DNA of 64,000 bases from an uncultured Planctomycetia bacterium (GCA_964455085.1 CAYVYJ010000008.1:1514-65513), one strand, 5' to 3'. Positions 20,061 to 30,329 are shown, counted from the first letter of the stretch. Numbers and translations: made by a program. The notes: generated by a model not told the origin, from the sequence alone.

Positions 20061-21302
20061 TTATGAATTTATTTTATCCAATTTAAATCCCTTGTGAAGC
20101 GCTTTTAAGGCTTTCTTGCCTACCCCTTTCTTTACCACGCAAGAGATGCTAATCTCTGAAGTTGAAATCATATCAATATTAATCTTATTTTTGGCTAAGA
20201 TTGAAAAACACTTTGCTGCTACTCCGGAATGAGTCTTCATCCCCACCCCCACGACAGAAACCTTAGCTATAGTCTCATCAGAAATAACTTCTCCAGCACC
20301 AATACGCTTGGAAATACCTTTTGAAATTTTAAGCGTCTTGATTAGATTATTTTTGGGGACGGTGAAAGAGATATCAGTTGCTTTTCTATGGCTTACATTC
20401 TGAACAATCATATCTATATTAATGTTCTGCCGACTCAACTCTTTAAACATATGGGCGGCAATTCCTGGTCTATCCGGAACGTTACACAAAGTTATTTTGG
20501 CCTCATTGCTGGTAAGAGTTATTCCCCTTACCACCGGTTCCTCTATTAATGGTGTCTTTCCCATAATTATTGTTCCCTCCTTTTTAGTAAAGCTACCCTT
20601 CACCTGTATCGGGATATTAAACTTCTTTGCTACCTCAACTGCCCTGGTGTGCATAACTTGGGCTCCACGAGATGCAAGCTCCAGCATTTCATCAAAAGTA
20701 ATATATTTTAATTTTTTTGCGTTAAGTACAATTCGCGGATCAGCAGTATAAATTCCTTCAACATCAGTATAAATCTCACATAAATCTGCCTTCAAAGCTA
20801 CAGCTAAAGCTACAGCGCTTAGGTCTGAGCCACCACGACCCAAAGTGGTTATCTCTAAGGCCGTACTTAAGCCTTGAAACCCGGCCACAATAACAATATT
20901 ACCATTTCGTAATTCTCTCTTTATGCGGTTAGTCTCGATCTTTAAAATCTTAGCCTGGGTATGATAGGTGTCGGTGATTATTCCAATCTGAGGCCCGGTA
21001 AATGATATTGCCCCTTTGCCTCTCTTATGAATCGCCATAGCCAACAAGGAACAAGAAATCTGCTCGCCAGTAGATATTAACATATCCATTTCGCGCTCCG
21101 AAGGATGAGGATTTATCTTCTTGGCCAAACTAACTAAATCATTAGTAGTACCCCCCATTGCCGAAATAACAACTACCACCCTATTGCCCTGCTTAGCGTA
21201 AGCAATAACTTTCTGGGCAGCTTTTTCTATCTTTGCGATATCAGCTACTGAGCTACCGCCGTATTTCTGAATAACCAATTTATTTTTTAATTTGCTCGAC
21301 AT
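20061..21302 (-). CDS. lysC: Aspartate kinase
   Basis: QKYGGSSV, TLGRGGSD, ADPR, two ACT domains. Confidence 0.96.
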   Translation of the reverse strand: MSSKLKNKLVIQKYGGSSVADIAKIEKAAQKVIAYAKQGNRVVVVISAMGGTTNDLVSLAKKINPHPSEREMDMLISTGEQISCSLLAMAIHKRGKGAISFTGPQIGIITDTYHTQAKILKIETNRIKRELRNGNIVIVAGFQGLSTALEITTLGRGGSDLSAVALAVALKADLCEIYTDVEGIYTADPRIVLNAKKLKYITFDEMLELASRGAQVMHTRAVEVAKKFNIPIQVKGSFTKKEGTIIMGKTPLIEEPVVRGITLTSNEAKITLCNVPDRPGIAAHMFKELSRQNINIDMIVQNVSHRKATDISFTVPKNNLIKTLKISKGISKRIGAGEVISDETIAKVSVVGVGMKTHSGVAAKCFSILAKNKINIDMISTSEISISCVVKKGVGKKALKALHKGFKLDKINS

Positions 21303-21331
21303 TTTATCTCATTCTTCCTTTAGTATCACTC

Positions 21332-21360
21332 ATTTTACACTTATCCACTAACAAAGGCAA
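21332..21360 (-). promoter_or_regulatory. Putative promoter of lysC-cimA
   Basis: TTGCCT-17 bp-TAAAAT. Confidence 0.5.
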
Positions 21361-21401
21361 TACCCCCCAACTCGCTCACTGTGATGCTCACCCTTGAAGT
21401 T

Positions 21402-22970
21402 TTAATCAGAACGGAGTTTTGCTAATTTCCTGAATTCCAATATTCCTAAAATACCAAAAACTATAAGAGCTAAAGATATTCCCGAAAGAAGATAATTACC
21501 ATCGCCCATGAAATCTGCTATTTTAAAACCTAAAGCAAAGATAGTTATCAATACCATTATAATAGCAGGAATAAGAGTAATTTTGTAGTTTTTTTTCCGA
21601 TAAAACAACCATCCGCTAACTACGACTAAAGCTAAACCAGCTACCAACTGATTAGATGCCCCAAACATTGGCCAAAGAATCTGCCATTTATTCATTACAG
21701 CTAAATACCCGGCAACCAGAACAACTACTAAGGTAGCCAGCCACTTATTATTTACTCCAAACAACTCTTGGGTTATAAGACGGGTTATCCGGGTTGCAGT
21801 ATCAAGAGTGGTCAAGATAAAAGCATTAAGAATCACTAAAGCAATGATCTGGGCATTATTGCCTAATAAGAATCCTACTTTGGCAAACCCCAAGGAAAAG
21901 ATTTCAGCGTAAGTCTTCTCTTGCGGTATATCTTTTAATCCAAAGGCTATTGAGAATAAAACTATCACTGCTAAAATACCTTCTAAAATCATGGCTCCAT
22001 AACCCACTTTAAGGGCGTCTTTCTCGCTATTTAACTGTTTACAGGTTGTTCCGCTAGCAACCAGGGAATGAAAACCAGATATTGCTCCGCAAGCTACGGT
22101 TATAAACATTATCGGGAAAAGATAACCAGCCGGGGCACTAAAACTAATCAGCTTTGCGCCGCTAAGCGGAAAGGGCTTGAGAATAATCCCGATGAAAGCT
22201 ACGATAATACCGAAAAATAGTAAAAAACTAGCTAAATAATCCCGGGGTTGAAGCAGGATATTTACCGGGATTATCGAAGCAAAAAAAGCATAAATAAAAA
22301 GAACAATAATCCAAAATGTATAAGGGTCAGCTAATTTTATTTGTAAAGGATAAAATCGACTCCAAAAAATCAAAATCCCTAAACAACTGATTCCGATTAA
22401 AGTGGCTAAAACAATATTTACTCTTAGCTTATAAATTAAGAACCCAATAACCATAGCAACCGGAATTAAGCCTAAAGAGGAACCTACTATCTGAGGTTGA
22501 CTAATAAAACTTTTGGCACAAATGGCAGCAAAAACAGCAATAACAACAATTAAGGCAAACCATAAGAATATCAGAAAAAACATGCTTCCTCTCTTAGAGG
22601 TGTACTTCCGGGAAAGCTGCCCAATACTTACTCCCTCCTCGCGCAGCGAAATCATAAGAGTAGAGAAGTCATGTACTGCCCCGATAAAAATAGTTCCCAG
22701 AATAATCCAGATCAGTGTGCCTAACCAACCCCACCAGATATAAGCTAAAATCGGTCCGATAATCGGCCCAGCTCCGGCAATAGAGGCAAAATGATGGCCA
22801 AAGATAACCAGCCAGTTTTTTGCCGGAACATAGTCAACACCATCATATTTAGTGTGGGCTGGTGTTCTCCTTGCCGGGTCAATGCCAAATACTTTAGCCA
22901 CAAAACGACCATAGAAAAGGTAGCCGCCGATAAGTGAACTAATCGCCAAGATAAAAAGGATTGTGCTCAT
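21402..22970 (-). CDS. cstA: Carbon starvation protein A family transporter
   Basis: DGVDYVP, FGHHFASIAGAGPIIGP, LLQPRDY, ACGAISGFH. Confidence 0.93.
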   Translation of the reverse strand: MSTILFILAISSLIGGYLFYGRFVAKVFGIDPARRTPAHTKYDGVDYVPAKNWLVIFGHHFASIAGAGPIIGPILAYIWWGWLGTLIWIILGTIFIGAVHDFSTLMISLREEGVSIGQLSRKYTSKRGSMFFLIFLWFALIVVIAVFAAICAKSFISQPQIVGSSLGLIPVAMVIGFLIYKLRVNIVLATLIGISCLGILIFWSRFYPLQIKLADPYTFWIIVLFIYAFFASIIPVNILLQPRDYLASFLLFFGIIVAFIGIILKPFPLSGAKLISFSAPAGYLFPIMFITVACGAISGFHSLVASGTTCKQLNSEKDALKVGYGAMILEGILAVIVLFSIAFGLKDIPQEKTYAEIFSLGFAKVGFLLGNNAQIIALVILNAFILTTLDTATRITRLITQELFGVNNKWLATLVVVLVAGYLAVMNKWQILWPMFGASNQLVAGLALVVVSGWLFYRKKNYKITLIPAIIMVLITIFALGFKIADFMGDGNYLLSGISLALIVFGILGILEFRKLAKLRSD

Positions 22971-24160
22971 TTAGTAAGGAAATATTTAAGTAAATCCGTA
23001 CCTTTATCAAAATAGAGTGAACTATTCTGAGCTTCTCTCTCCGAGTATGAAGATAAATCATCTTTGTCTATTCCCGAACCAGAGATTAAGAAAGGTACCG
23101 GTTCAGCGGTATGGGTCCTTATACTGATAGGGGTGGGATGGTCTGGAGTAATTAGAATTCGGAAATCTTTATTCTTTAGCCTCTCCACTATGGTACCGAC
23201 AATGAGTTTATCTATCCGCTCAAGACAAGCTATTTTCATCCGCAAGTCTTGGTTATGGCCAGCCTCATCAGTAGCTTCTATGTGAACAAAGACAAAATCA
23301 CAATCTTCTAAGGCTGCCAGAGCCGCTTCTGCCTTACCCAGATAATTAGTATCGTAGTAGCCATTGGCACCTTCGACTTCTGGCACTTTCAGCCCAATTA
23401 TTTTTCCGATACCCTTGATTAAATCTACGGCTGAGATAACTGCGCCCTTAATGCCAAATTCAGTTTCAAAGAGCGGCATTGTCGGCTTGCCACCGCAACC
23501 CCAAAGCCAAATCATATTAGCCGGATTTTCGCCCAGATCTATTCTCACCTTATTGATCTCATGGGCAGCGAGAAAATCTTTAGAACGATTCATCAGGTCG
23601 GTAATAACCTCATTGCCCTTACCCCGCGGCAGACTTCGAGATATTTCCTTACCCATGATATCGTGAGGAGCAAGATACTTTAGTTTATCTAACCCTAAAT
23701 CCACTCCTCCCCGAATAACCATAAGGTTACGGTAACTAGTCCCGAAAAAAAACTGAATTTTGTCGGTCTTTAGATTATCATTGATGCAATCAATAAGGAT
23801 TTTAGCTTCTTTATCGGTTATATGTCCTCCGCTATAATCCTGGAGTTTACCTTCAGCTTCAGTGATAAGATTGCAACGAAAAGCTAAGTCTCTCTCACCT
23901 AATTCTACCCCCAAATTCACAGCCTCCAGCGGACCCCGGCCGGTATAGTAGATTTCCGGGTCATAACCAAGCAAAGAAAGATTAGCAATATCACTAGAAG
24001 GGGTAAATCCGCGGGGAATGGTCTTGGCTCTTCCTAATATCCCGGATTTAGCCAAGGAATCCATAAAGGGGATATCAGCCACCTCAAAAGGTGTCTTTGC
24101 TCCTAAAATATCAAGGGGATAATCGCTGGCACCGTCAGGAATAACTACAATATACTTCAT
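22967..24160 (-). CDS. apgM: Cofactor-independent phosphoglycerate mutase, ApgM family (family also proposed as an alternative homoserine kinase)
   Basis: PDGASD, SDIANLS, YTGRGPLEA, DEAGH, PDHPTP. Confidence 0.88.
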   Translation of the reverse strand: MKYIVVIPDGASDYPLDILGAKTPFEVADIPFMDSLAKSGILGRAKTIPRGFTPSSDIANLSLLGYDPEIYYTGRGPLEAVNLGVELGERDLAFRCNLITEAEGKLQDYSGGHITDKEAKILIDCINDNLKTDKIQFFFGTSYRNLMVIRGGVDLGLDKLKYLAPHDIMGKEISRSLPRGKGNEVITDLMNRSKDFLAAHEINKVRIDLGENPANMIWLWGCGGKPTMPLFETEFGIKGAVISAVDLIKGIGKIIGLKVPEVEGANGYYDTNYLGKAEAALAALEDCDFVFVHIEATDEAGHNQDLRMKIACLERIDKLIVGTIVERLKNKDFRILITPDHPTPISIRTHTAEPVPFLISGSGIDKDDLSSYSEREAQNSSLYFDKGTDLLKYFLTK

Positions 24161-24264
24161 TGTTAAGCTTATTAACTTCTTACTGGTTTAAGTTATAGGA
24201 GAACTAACCTCTTTCCAACAGACCTTTATGGGTCTTATCAGAGTTTAATACAAAGAATATCTCC

Positions 24265-24292
24265 TTGCAAGATATTTTTCTAGTGATATATT
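24265..24292 (+). promoter_or_regulatory. Promoter of trmI, probably giving a leaderless mRNA
   Basis: TTGCAA-16 bp-TATATT with extended TG; ATG 7 nt downstream; no SD. Confidence 0.5.
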
Positions 24293-24299
24293 CTATACT

Positions 24300-25061
24300 A
24301 TGATCAAGCAAGGAGATCTAATATTCCTCTATAACGATGAAAAAAGGAACTTCCTCCTTAAGGCCGAAGTAAAAACTCTCCACACTGACAAGGGTTTCTT
24401 AAAAATCGGCTCGCTTATCGGCAAAGAATTCGGCCAAAAAACAGAGACAAATCTAGGGTTCCCCTTCTATATCCTCCGCCCTTACCTCTATGAGCTGGTA
24501 ATGAAAGTGAGAAGAAAAACACAAATCCTTTATCCCAAAGATATTGGAATGATTCTTCTTCGGGGAAACATCTTTCCGGGAGCTAAGGTAATTGAGTCCG
24601 GCATAGGTAGCGGGGCATTAACTACGGCTTTGGCTAATTTCGTCAGGCCCAACGGCCGAGTCTATAGTTACGAACGAAATAAAGAATTTCTGGAAAATGC
24701 TAAGAAAAACTTAGAAAAAAATGGCTTAAGTGAATGGGTGGAACTCAAACATCAGGAAATTACCACTGAATTCGATGAAAAAGAAGCTGACTTTGTAATG
24801 ATTGATATTGGAAGCCCCTGGGAATTGATTGACGCTGCTTATAAATCACTAAAAGGGGGTTGCCGGCTTGCTACAATATGTCCCACCTTTGAACAACTTA
24901 CGAAAACTGTATTTAGTCTGGAAGAAAAAGGATTTGTCAATATTGAAACTATGGAAATTCTCCTGCGGAGAATTCTGGTAAGAAGAGGAAAAACCCGGCC
25001 GGAACAACGGATGCCCTGTCATACTGGCTGGTTAGTCTTCGCAACAAAAATTATTCTCTAG
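24300..25061 (+). CDS. trmI: tRNA (adenine-58-N1)-methyltransferase
   Basis: RKTQILYPKD, ESGIGSGALT, RPEQRMPCHTGWL. Confidence 0.9.
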   Translation: MIKQGDLIFLYNDEKRNFLLKAEVKTLHTDKGFLKIGSLIGKEFGQKTETNLGFPFYILRPYLYELVMKVRRKTQILYPKDIGMILLRGNIFPGAKVIESGIGSGALTTALANFVRPNGRVYSYERNKEFLENAKKNLEKNGLSEWVELKHQEITTEFDEKEADFVMIDIGSPWELIDAAYKSLKGGCRLATICPTFEQLTKTVFSLEEKGFVNIETMEILLRRILVRRGKTRPEQRMPCHTGWLVFATKIIL

Positions 25062-25929
25062 TATCAAACTTATCTAAATCAGGCTTGGGCAAAGAATCGT
25101 AAGTAGGAATTTTCCTGCCGATAAAATAAGGGTAATCTAAAAATAGCTTTTCCCATAAACTACTTCTTTTGGGACCACAAATTCCTCTGCCAGAAGAGAG
25201 GATAAAAACTACCATCTCCTTTACTTCAGGAGAATCAATCTTCTTTAAATTTTCCAAAGCAGTTTTAAGGGGCAAGTCCTTACGGTAAAGGAAGTTATGG
25301 GCTTTTCTAATTTGACTTATCTGGTTAGCTTTAAAGCTTGCTCGCCTTAGGCCTACTGAATTGAGCCCCCAGATTCGGGAGTCTCCTACTAACAGCATAA
25401 AGGGAAGGATATCCTGGTTAACCCTGGAGAGACCTCCAACCATTGCTAACCTGCCAATCCTTACGAATTGATGGATAACTACATTTCCGGAAATAAAGAC
25501 CTTATCTTGAATTTCAACGTGACCGGCAACCAGAGTACCATTACAAATAACAATATTATTGGCTAACTTACAATCATGGGCAATATGTGAACAGGCCATA
25601 AGAAAATTACTGTCGCCTAAGAAGGTAGCCTTATCGGGAGAACTTGCGCAATTGATCGTAACATACTCCCGGATAATATTATTTTTTCCGATATAAACTT
25701 TACCCTTAGAGACTCTGGACTCTAAAACCTGGGGGGCTTCACCAATAACGCTACCGCTGCCAATAAAGGTATTATCACCAATATAAGTATTGGCCTTTAA
25801 GTGCACAAAAGCAGAAACCCTTACCCCCCGACCTAGATGAACCCCTCCTTCGATATAAGTATAAGGACCTATGCTTACCTCTTCTCCTAAAATTACATCT
25901 TTTTCGATAATTGCTTTAGGATGAATCAT
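25051..25929 (-). CDS. lpxA: Acyl-ACP:UDP-GlcNAc O-acyltransferase with C-terminal extension
   Basis: Hexapeptide repeats, HIAHDC, AGHV, IHQF, GLNSVGLRR. Confidence 0.88.
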   Translation of the reverse strand: MIHPKAIIEKDVILGEEVSIGPYTYIEGGVHLGRGVRVSAFVHLKANTYIGDNTFIGSGSVIGEAPQVLESRVSKGKVYIGKNNIIREYVTINCASSPDKATFLGDSNFLMACSHIAHDCKLANNIVICNGTLVAGHVEIQDKVFISGNVVIHQFVRIGRLAMVGGLSRVNQDILPFMLLVGDSRIWGLNSVGLRRASFKANQISQIRKAHNFLYRKDLPLKTALENLKKIDSPEVKEMVVFILSSGRGICGPKRSSLWEKLFLDYPYFIGRKIPTYDSLPKPDLDKFDTRE

Positions 25930-26660
25930 TGTAAATCCCCATTTTTTAAAATAGTAACTTTACCGGCTAATGAAATGAATTCTAAACGCAAAGGAATCTT
26001 TTTTTCTTTATCTAACCAGAGATTAAATCTTCTTGCGCCTTTTCCAACCAGAAAGTAAGTATCCCGGTTTTCACCATTGGCCTTCAAGACTCTCTCCCTT
26101 ACCATCTTTATTTTTATCTTTTGAGTGGGAAGGTTAAAGCCCATCCATTTACCTGGCGTAAGCGTTAAGTCTTGAGGGAAAAAATAGAGAAGTTCCAAGA
26201 TATTATGGATTGGTTTGTCTTGGTAAATGACCCTCTCTCTATTTTTGGAATTACTTTTATTGATCCTAATATACCCGACATCTTGGTTGTAAGTTTCAGA
26301 AATCTTTTCCTTTCGGCCAAAGAAAACGATATCCCTCTCAACTCTTAGGGGAAGACCGGTTCTACTATCAAGGAAAACTTTTTCTTTCCCGGCTAAACTT
26401 AGAAGCTTAAGGATTTTTGTATTTGAATTCAGTAAAAGAATATCAGCAGTTACCCCGTTAATATCTTCTTGCCCTAAATACTCCCATTCGATATAACCAG
26501 AGGGAATTCCGTTAAAATTAACCTTATAAACCAGTTTATCCTGGTCTTTGAACCTTGCACCAATGTTTTCTCCGGAAACAAAACCGGCACCCGCTACAGT
26601 TATTGCCAAAAACATAACCCCACCAATAATAGAAGCAAAATTAAATCTCCTCATCTTCAC
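25926..26660 (-). CDS. Exported beta-rich protein, DUF3108-like
   Basis: Signal/TM segment; C-terminal LWLDKEKKIPLRL motif. Confidence 0.55.
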   Translation of the reverse strand: MKMRRFNFASIIGGVMFLAITVAGAGFVSGENIGARFKDQDKLVYKVNFNGIPSGYIEWEYLGQEDINGVTADILLLNSNTKILKLLSLAGKEKVFLDSRTGLPLRVERDIVFFGRKEKISETYNQDVGYIRINKSNSKNRERVIYQDKPIHNILELLYFFPQDLTLTPGKWMGFNLPTQKIKIKMVRERVLKANGENRDTYFLVGKGARRFNLWLDKEKKIPLRLEFISLAGKVTILKNGDLQ

Positions 26661-26672
26661 CTTAGGCCAATC

Positions 26673-28547
26673 TTAAAAAGAGACCAGTTTTTTGATCTCA
26701 TCTAACTTCTCTCTAGCAGCCAGCTCTCCTCTTTTAATAAATTCCGCTATCTTTTCAAATTCCATCCACCCTAACCCTTCGAGGTTAGTATGAATAACTA
26801 TATCAGCAATCTTGGCTGCCTGTTCCACAAATTGCTGCTGCATGGTTTCAATGCTTCCGAAAATAAAATCAAAAATATGAAAACGGCTACGTGTACGATT
26901 TATTCTTAAGGCTTGTTCGGACGAAAGAGATATATTAGAAGCAATTATCTTATGAGCATCATAATTTAAGAGAACCTTTGTCGGCAAGGGATTTAAGATC
27001 CCTCCATCTAGGAGAATATCCTTCTTGAAATTCACCGGTTCAAAGATACCGGGAAAAGCACAGCTAGCTGCTACAGCCTTATAAAGAAGCCCTTTGTCTA
27101 AAATTATCGATTTTCGCTTAAGAAAATCAAAGGCAACTATTTTAAGGTTGTGTTTTAAATCATAGAATGTCATGTCCTTGAAAATATTCCTAAATATACT
27201 CTCGAGCCTCTTAGCTCTCATAATCCCTCTAAAAGGGAAAGAGAAACCAGTCAGTGAGAATTTGTTAATTTTCTTCCCGAATTGATTGGAAAGTTTTTCG
27301 ATATCATCAACACTAAAACCAGCCGCCCAAAGAGCAGCAATTATTGCTCCGATACTTGAGCCACAAATAACATCTATGACTATATTATTTTGTACTAAAA
27401 CTTTTAGTACACCGATATGCGAAAACCCATAGGCAGCTCCGCTACCTAAGGCTATACCTAAGGTAACTTCACCAATTTCACGGGATATTCTTCGCAAAGT
27501 CTTAATATATTGCTGATCACTAACAGAAGGCAGAGTAGCATAAATCGGGTGATTAATCAACTTTTGCTTCTTGGCAAGTAGCAGACCTTCCTGATTAAAG
27601 CTTTCAGTAATAATAACTTTGATCTTTTCCTGATTCAAAGGGTTATGGGCCTTTAATTCCTTTAGCAGGGATGCACCCTTACTCAACTCCCTTTTTTGAG
27701 GAAAAAGAATAAAGTGTATTTGATGGGCAGATATGATAAAATCGTCAAAGTGTTTTTCTAAAAATTTATGGGGAATCTCATAAAGAATAAAGTGATAACT
27801 TTCGGAAAGAAAGTTTAGAAGGGGAAGAAAATTATCTCCAATATCAGCCCTTATGTAAAGATAAGCGACTTTACTCTTTATAATATACTTATCTAAAGAG
27901 CCCTCACTGAAAACCTTTAAAGATAAAATATTATTGCGCTTATTCGTAAGCGAGACCTCAGGAATAAAATGAGCAATTTCAGCCCCGGGAGGAATAATCT
28001 GAATACAGATAATGTCTTTTTTGGTCTGTTCCTTTAATCTTACTCCTAAATCAAACATGTAGCGAGTCTTGCCAGCTAAAGGACTCCCCATGATTCCTAT
28101 TTTTTTGGATTGGAATATCTTCTTAGGCTTAAATCGGGATTTCACTCTTTGAGATAGAATGCGTGCGAAATCCAAAGAAAGATAAGGATTCATCTTTAAA
28201 AATTCTTTAAAGGCTTTTTTCTCTGTCTGCAAAACGAGAGAAGTTTCGATTGATTTTGTAGTTACTGAATGCGGATCATCAGTGAGTAAAGAGATTATCC
28301 CGAAACAGGTGCCGCGCTTTAAGATCTCTATCTTACGATGCTTTGATCCGGATTGAGTTAAAACTGCAATTCTTCCCTTAATCAGAAAGTAGAGATAGTC
28401 TGGAAGGTCCTTTTCGTTATAAATTACCTGGTCATTTCTGTATTCTCTGACTTCAGATATACTAATTAATCTACTTATCTGATGCTTGCCTAAAGCATTG
28501 AATGGCGGGCTGTTACTAATAATTAATCTTATCTCCTTATCACTCAT
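26673..28547 (-). CDS. cNMP-binding / P-loop-like / patatin phospholipase fusion
   Basis: N-terminal cNMP domain (GTCFG); central GSPLAGKT; patatin GSGAAYG, GSSIG, DGG. Confidence 0.85.
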   Translation of the reverse strand: MSDKEIRLIISNSPPFNALGKHQISRLISISEVREYRNDQVIYNEKDLPDYLYFLIKGRIAVLTQSGSKHRKIEILKRGTCFGIISLLTDDPHSVTTKSIETSLVLQTEKKAFKEFLKMNPYLSLDFARILSQRVKSRFKPKKIFQSKKIGIMGSPLAGKTRYMFDLGVRLKEQTKKDIICIQIIPPGAEIAHFIPEVSLTNKRNNILSLKVFSEGSLDKYIIKSKVAYLYIRADIGDNFLPLLNFLSESYHFILYEIPHKFLEKHFDDFIISAHQIHFILFPQKRELSKGASLLKELKAHNPLNQEKIKVIITESFNQEGLLLAKKQKLINHPIYATLPSVSDQQYIKTLRRISREIGEVTLGIALGSGAAYGFSHIGVLKVLVQNNIVIDVICGSSIGAIIAALWAAGFSVDDIEKLSNQFGKKINKFSLTGFSFPFRGIMRAKRLESIFRNIFKDMTFYDLKHNLKIVAFDFLKRKSIILDKGLLYKAVAASCAFPGIFEPVNFKKDILLDGGILNPLPTKVLLNYDAHKIIASNISLSSEQALRINRTRSRFHIFDFIFGSIETMQQQFVEQAAKIADIVIHTNLEGLGWMEFEKIAEFIKRGELAAREKLDEIKKLVSF

Positions 28548-28551
28548 AAAA

Positions 28552-29763
28552 CTAGATTTCCAATCTATTTTCTTTAATTATCGTACTATAAGTAGCGGAA
28601 AAAGGCTTAGGAGTACGTTTAAAAGTCTTGTAGTCAACTCCGGCTAAGCCGAAACAGGGACCAAATCCCTTATCCCACTCGAAATTATCGATTAGAGACC
28701 ACCAAAGATAGCCTCTTATATCTACCCCTTCATTTATTGCTGCCGCTAAACTCCTCAAGTGTCTAATTAGAAAATCTTCATAAAGGGAATTTTCATATTC
28801 AGCAGTTCCGTTTTCGGTAATTATTATCGGCAAATTATATCTGGCTATTTTTTTAAGCAATCGGTAAAACCCTTGAGGATAAATATTCCAGCCAAGATAA
28901 TTTTTTCTTCCCCTCTTCGGTTTATAATCTGATTCTGCGCCGAATAAATCTTTAAACTTAGAGAACTCGCGACAGTAGTAATTTATAGCCAGGAAGTCTA
29001 AAGCATTCCGTTTGGTCAAGTAGTCAAGGAGCCAAAAATTAAAGTAACGGCTACGCAAACTGGCGCTTAAGGAGTTTAACCATAAGTTAAGGCCCGGGTG
29101 AGGCGAAAATACTCTTAAGCTCTTAGCTATGGAGACCTGTGCTGGAAGCGCACTTCCCTGATATATTCTCTTTAGTTCCTGATAGCCAGTGAGGTAAGCG
29201 GCTATAATATTATTCAAGACTCGCTTAGCCTGCTTAAACGACTTCACCCCTGGCGGCCAAATACCCCTAACAAAACTATTATAGATATAAACCAGAGGTT
29301 CGTTAAAAATAACCCAAAACTCTACCTTTTCTCTTAAAGCCTCTACTGTTTTGATTAAAAAATTTAAGAAATAATCAACATTTTTGGCTTCCAACCACCC
29401 CCCTCTTTTAACAAACCAAAGCGGATTGGTGAAGTGATGAAGAGTAATTATTGGTTTTAACTTATATTTAATCAAAGTATCCACTACTTCTTTGTAATGT
29501 GCAAGCTCCTGCTGCGAAAAATAAGAAGCATCGGGGTGGATTCTTGACCACTCCAGAGATATTCTTAAACTATTTAGATTAAAGCTGCTGGCGAGTTGGA
29601 AATCTTTTTTAAAAAGGCGATAGTGGTGACAAGCAGACCCCGCGACTCCCAATCCCTTTTCTTTTTCCCAAAGATACCAGTCACAATTAAAGTTTTCTCC
29701 TTCACATTGGTAACTGGAAAGAGCGGCTCCCCACAAAAAAGAAGAAGGAAATTGTATCTGCAT
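28552..29763 (-). CDS. Glycoside hydrolase family 1 (beta-glucosidase-like)
   Basis: FLWGAA, TLHHFT, catalytic NEP and ITENG, WSLIDNFEW. Confidence 0.95.
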   Translation of the reverse strand: MQIQFPSSFLWGAALSSYQCEGENFNCDWYLWEKEKGLGVAGSACHHYRLFKKDFQLASSFNLNSLRISLEWSRIHPDASYFSQQELAHYKEVVDTLIKYKLKPIITLHHFTNPLWFVKRGGWLEAKNVDYFLNFLIKTVEALREKVEFWVIFNEPLVYIYNSFVRGIWPPGVKSFKQAKRVLNNIIAAYLTGYQELKRIYQGSALPAQVSIAKSLRVFSPHPGLNLWLNSLSASLRSRYFNFWLLDYLTKRNALDFLAINYYCREFSKFKDLFGAESDYKPKRGRKNYLGWNIYPQGFYRLLKKIARYNLPIIITENGTAEYENSLYEDFLIRHLRSLAAAINEGVDIRGYLWWSLIDNFEWDKGFGPCFGLAGVDYKTFKRTPKPFSATYSTIIKENRLEI

Positions 29764-29765
29764 TT

Positions 29766-29838
29766 AATGAGACTTAGTCCGTCAAAGACGGACTGTAGTC
29801 GAATTAATACTGTGGGCATGAAATGCCCGCAGTATCTT
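29766..29838. repeat. 73-bp two-hairpin intergenic repeat, copy 2
   Basis: 66/73 identical to 16140-16212. Confidence 0.9.
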
Positions 29839-29854
29839 ATATAGGCCTTAAAAC

Positions 29855-30250
29855 TTAACCAGAAATTATCTGTAAAGCTTTGTCATTATTATCGGAGGAA
29901 AACACAATGGTCGCTGAGGTGCCCGGTTCATAAGTTGTCCCATGTATGGCGCAAAGGTTAATATTATTATCTTTTAGCTTAGAAGCAAGAAAATGAAGTT
30001 GCCCTATCTTATCAGCCATCTCAACAATTATTACTTCTTTCTCATCCACACTTCCCTTACTCAGGAGTATTTCTTTTACCTTTAAGTTATCAGAGGTTAT
30101 CAATTTAAAGAATGCCTTACCAGAATCAGCCCAGGCTGCTATTGACCTGATGTTAATCCCACTATTCTTAATTGCACCAGTTACATCTTCCAACAAACCT
30201 ACTTTGTCTTCTCCGATGAAAAGAATCTCTTTTGCCTTTACCGCCTTCAT
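29855..30250 (-). CDS. Tandem ACT domain protein
   Basis: DKVGLL...GINI and DKIGQL...NINL repeats; SD AAGGAGG. Confidence 0.8.
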   Translation of the reverse strand: MKAVKAKEILFIGEDKVGLLEDVTGAIKNSGINIRSIAAWADSGKAFFKLITSDNLKVKEILLSKGSVDEKEVIIVEMADKIGQLHFLASKLKDNNINLCAIHGTTYEPGTSATIVFSSDNNDKALQIISG

Positions 30251-30300
30251 TGTCCACCTCCTTATTTAACCAAAATATCAGGTAATTAATAAGTGGAAGA

Positions 30301-30329
30301 ATTCTACCATTTTGGATTTCCCCTGTCAA
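30301..30329 (-). promoter_or_regulatory. sigma70 promoter of the ACT-GH1-patatin-lpxA operon
   Basis: TTGACA-17 bp-TAGAAT with extended TG. Confidence 0.7.

Noticed and set aside
21303-21401. Lysine riboswitch or attenuator upstream of lysC
   Set aside because: The spacer is about 100 bp and the promoter leaves only a ~25-nt leader
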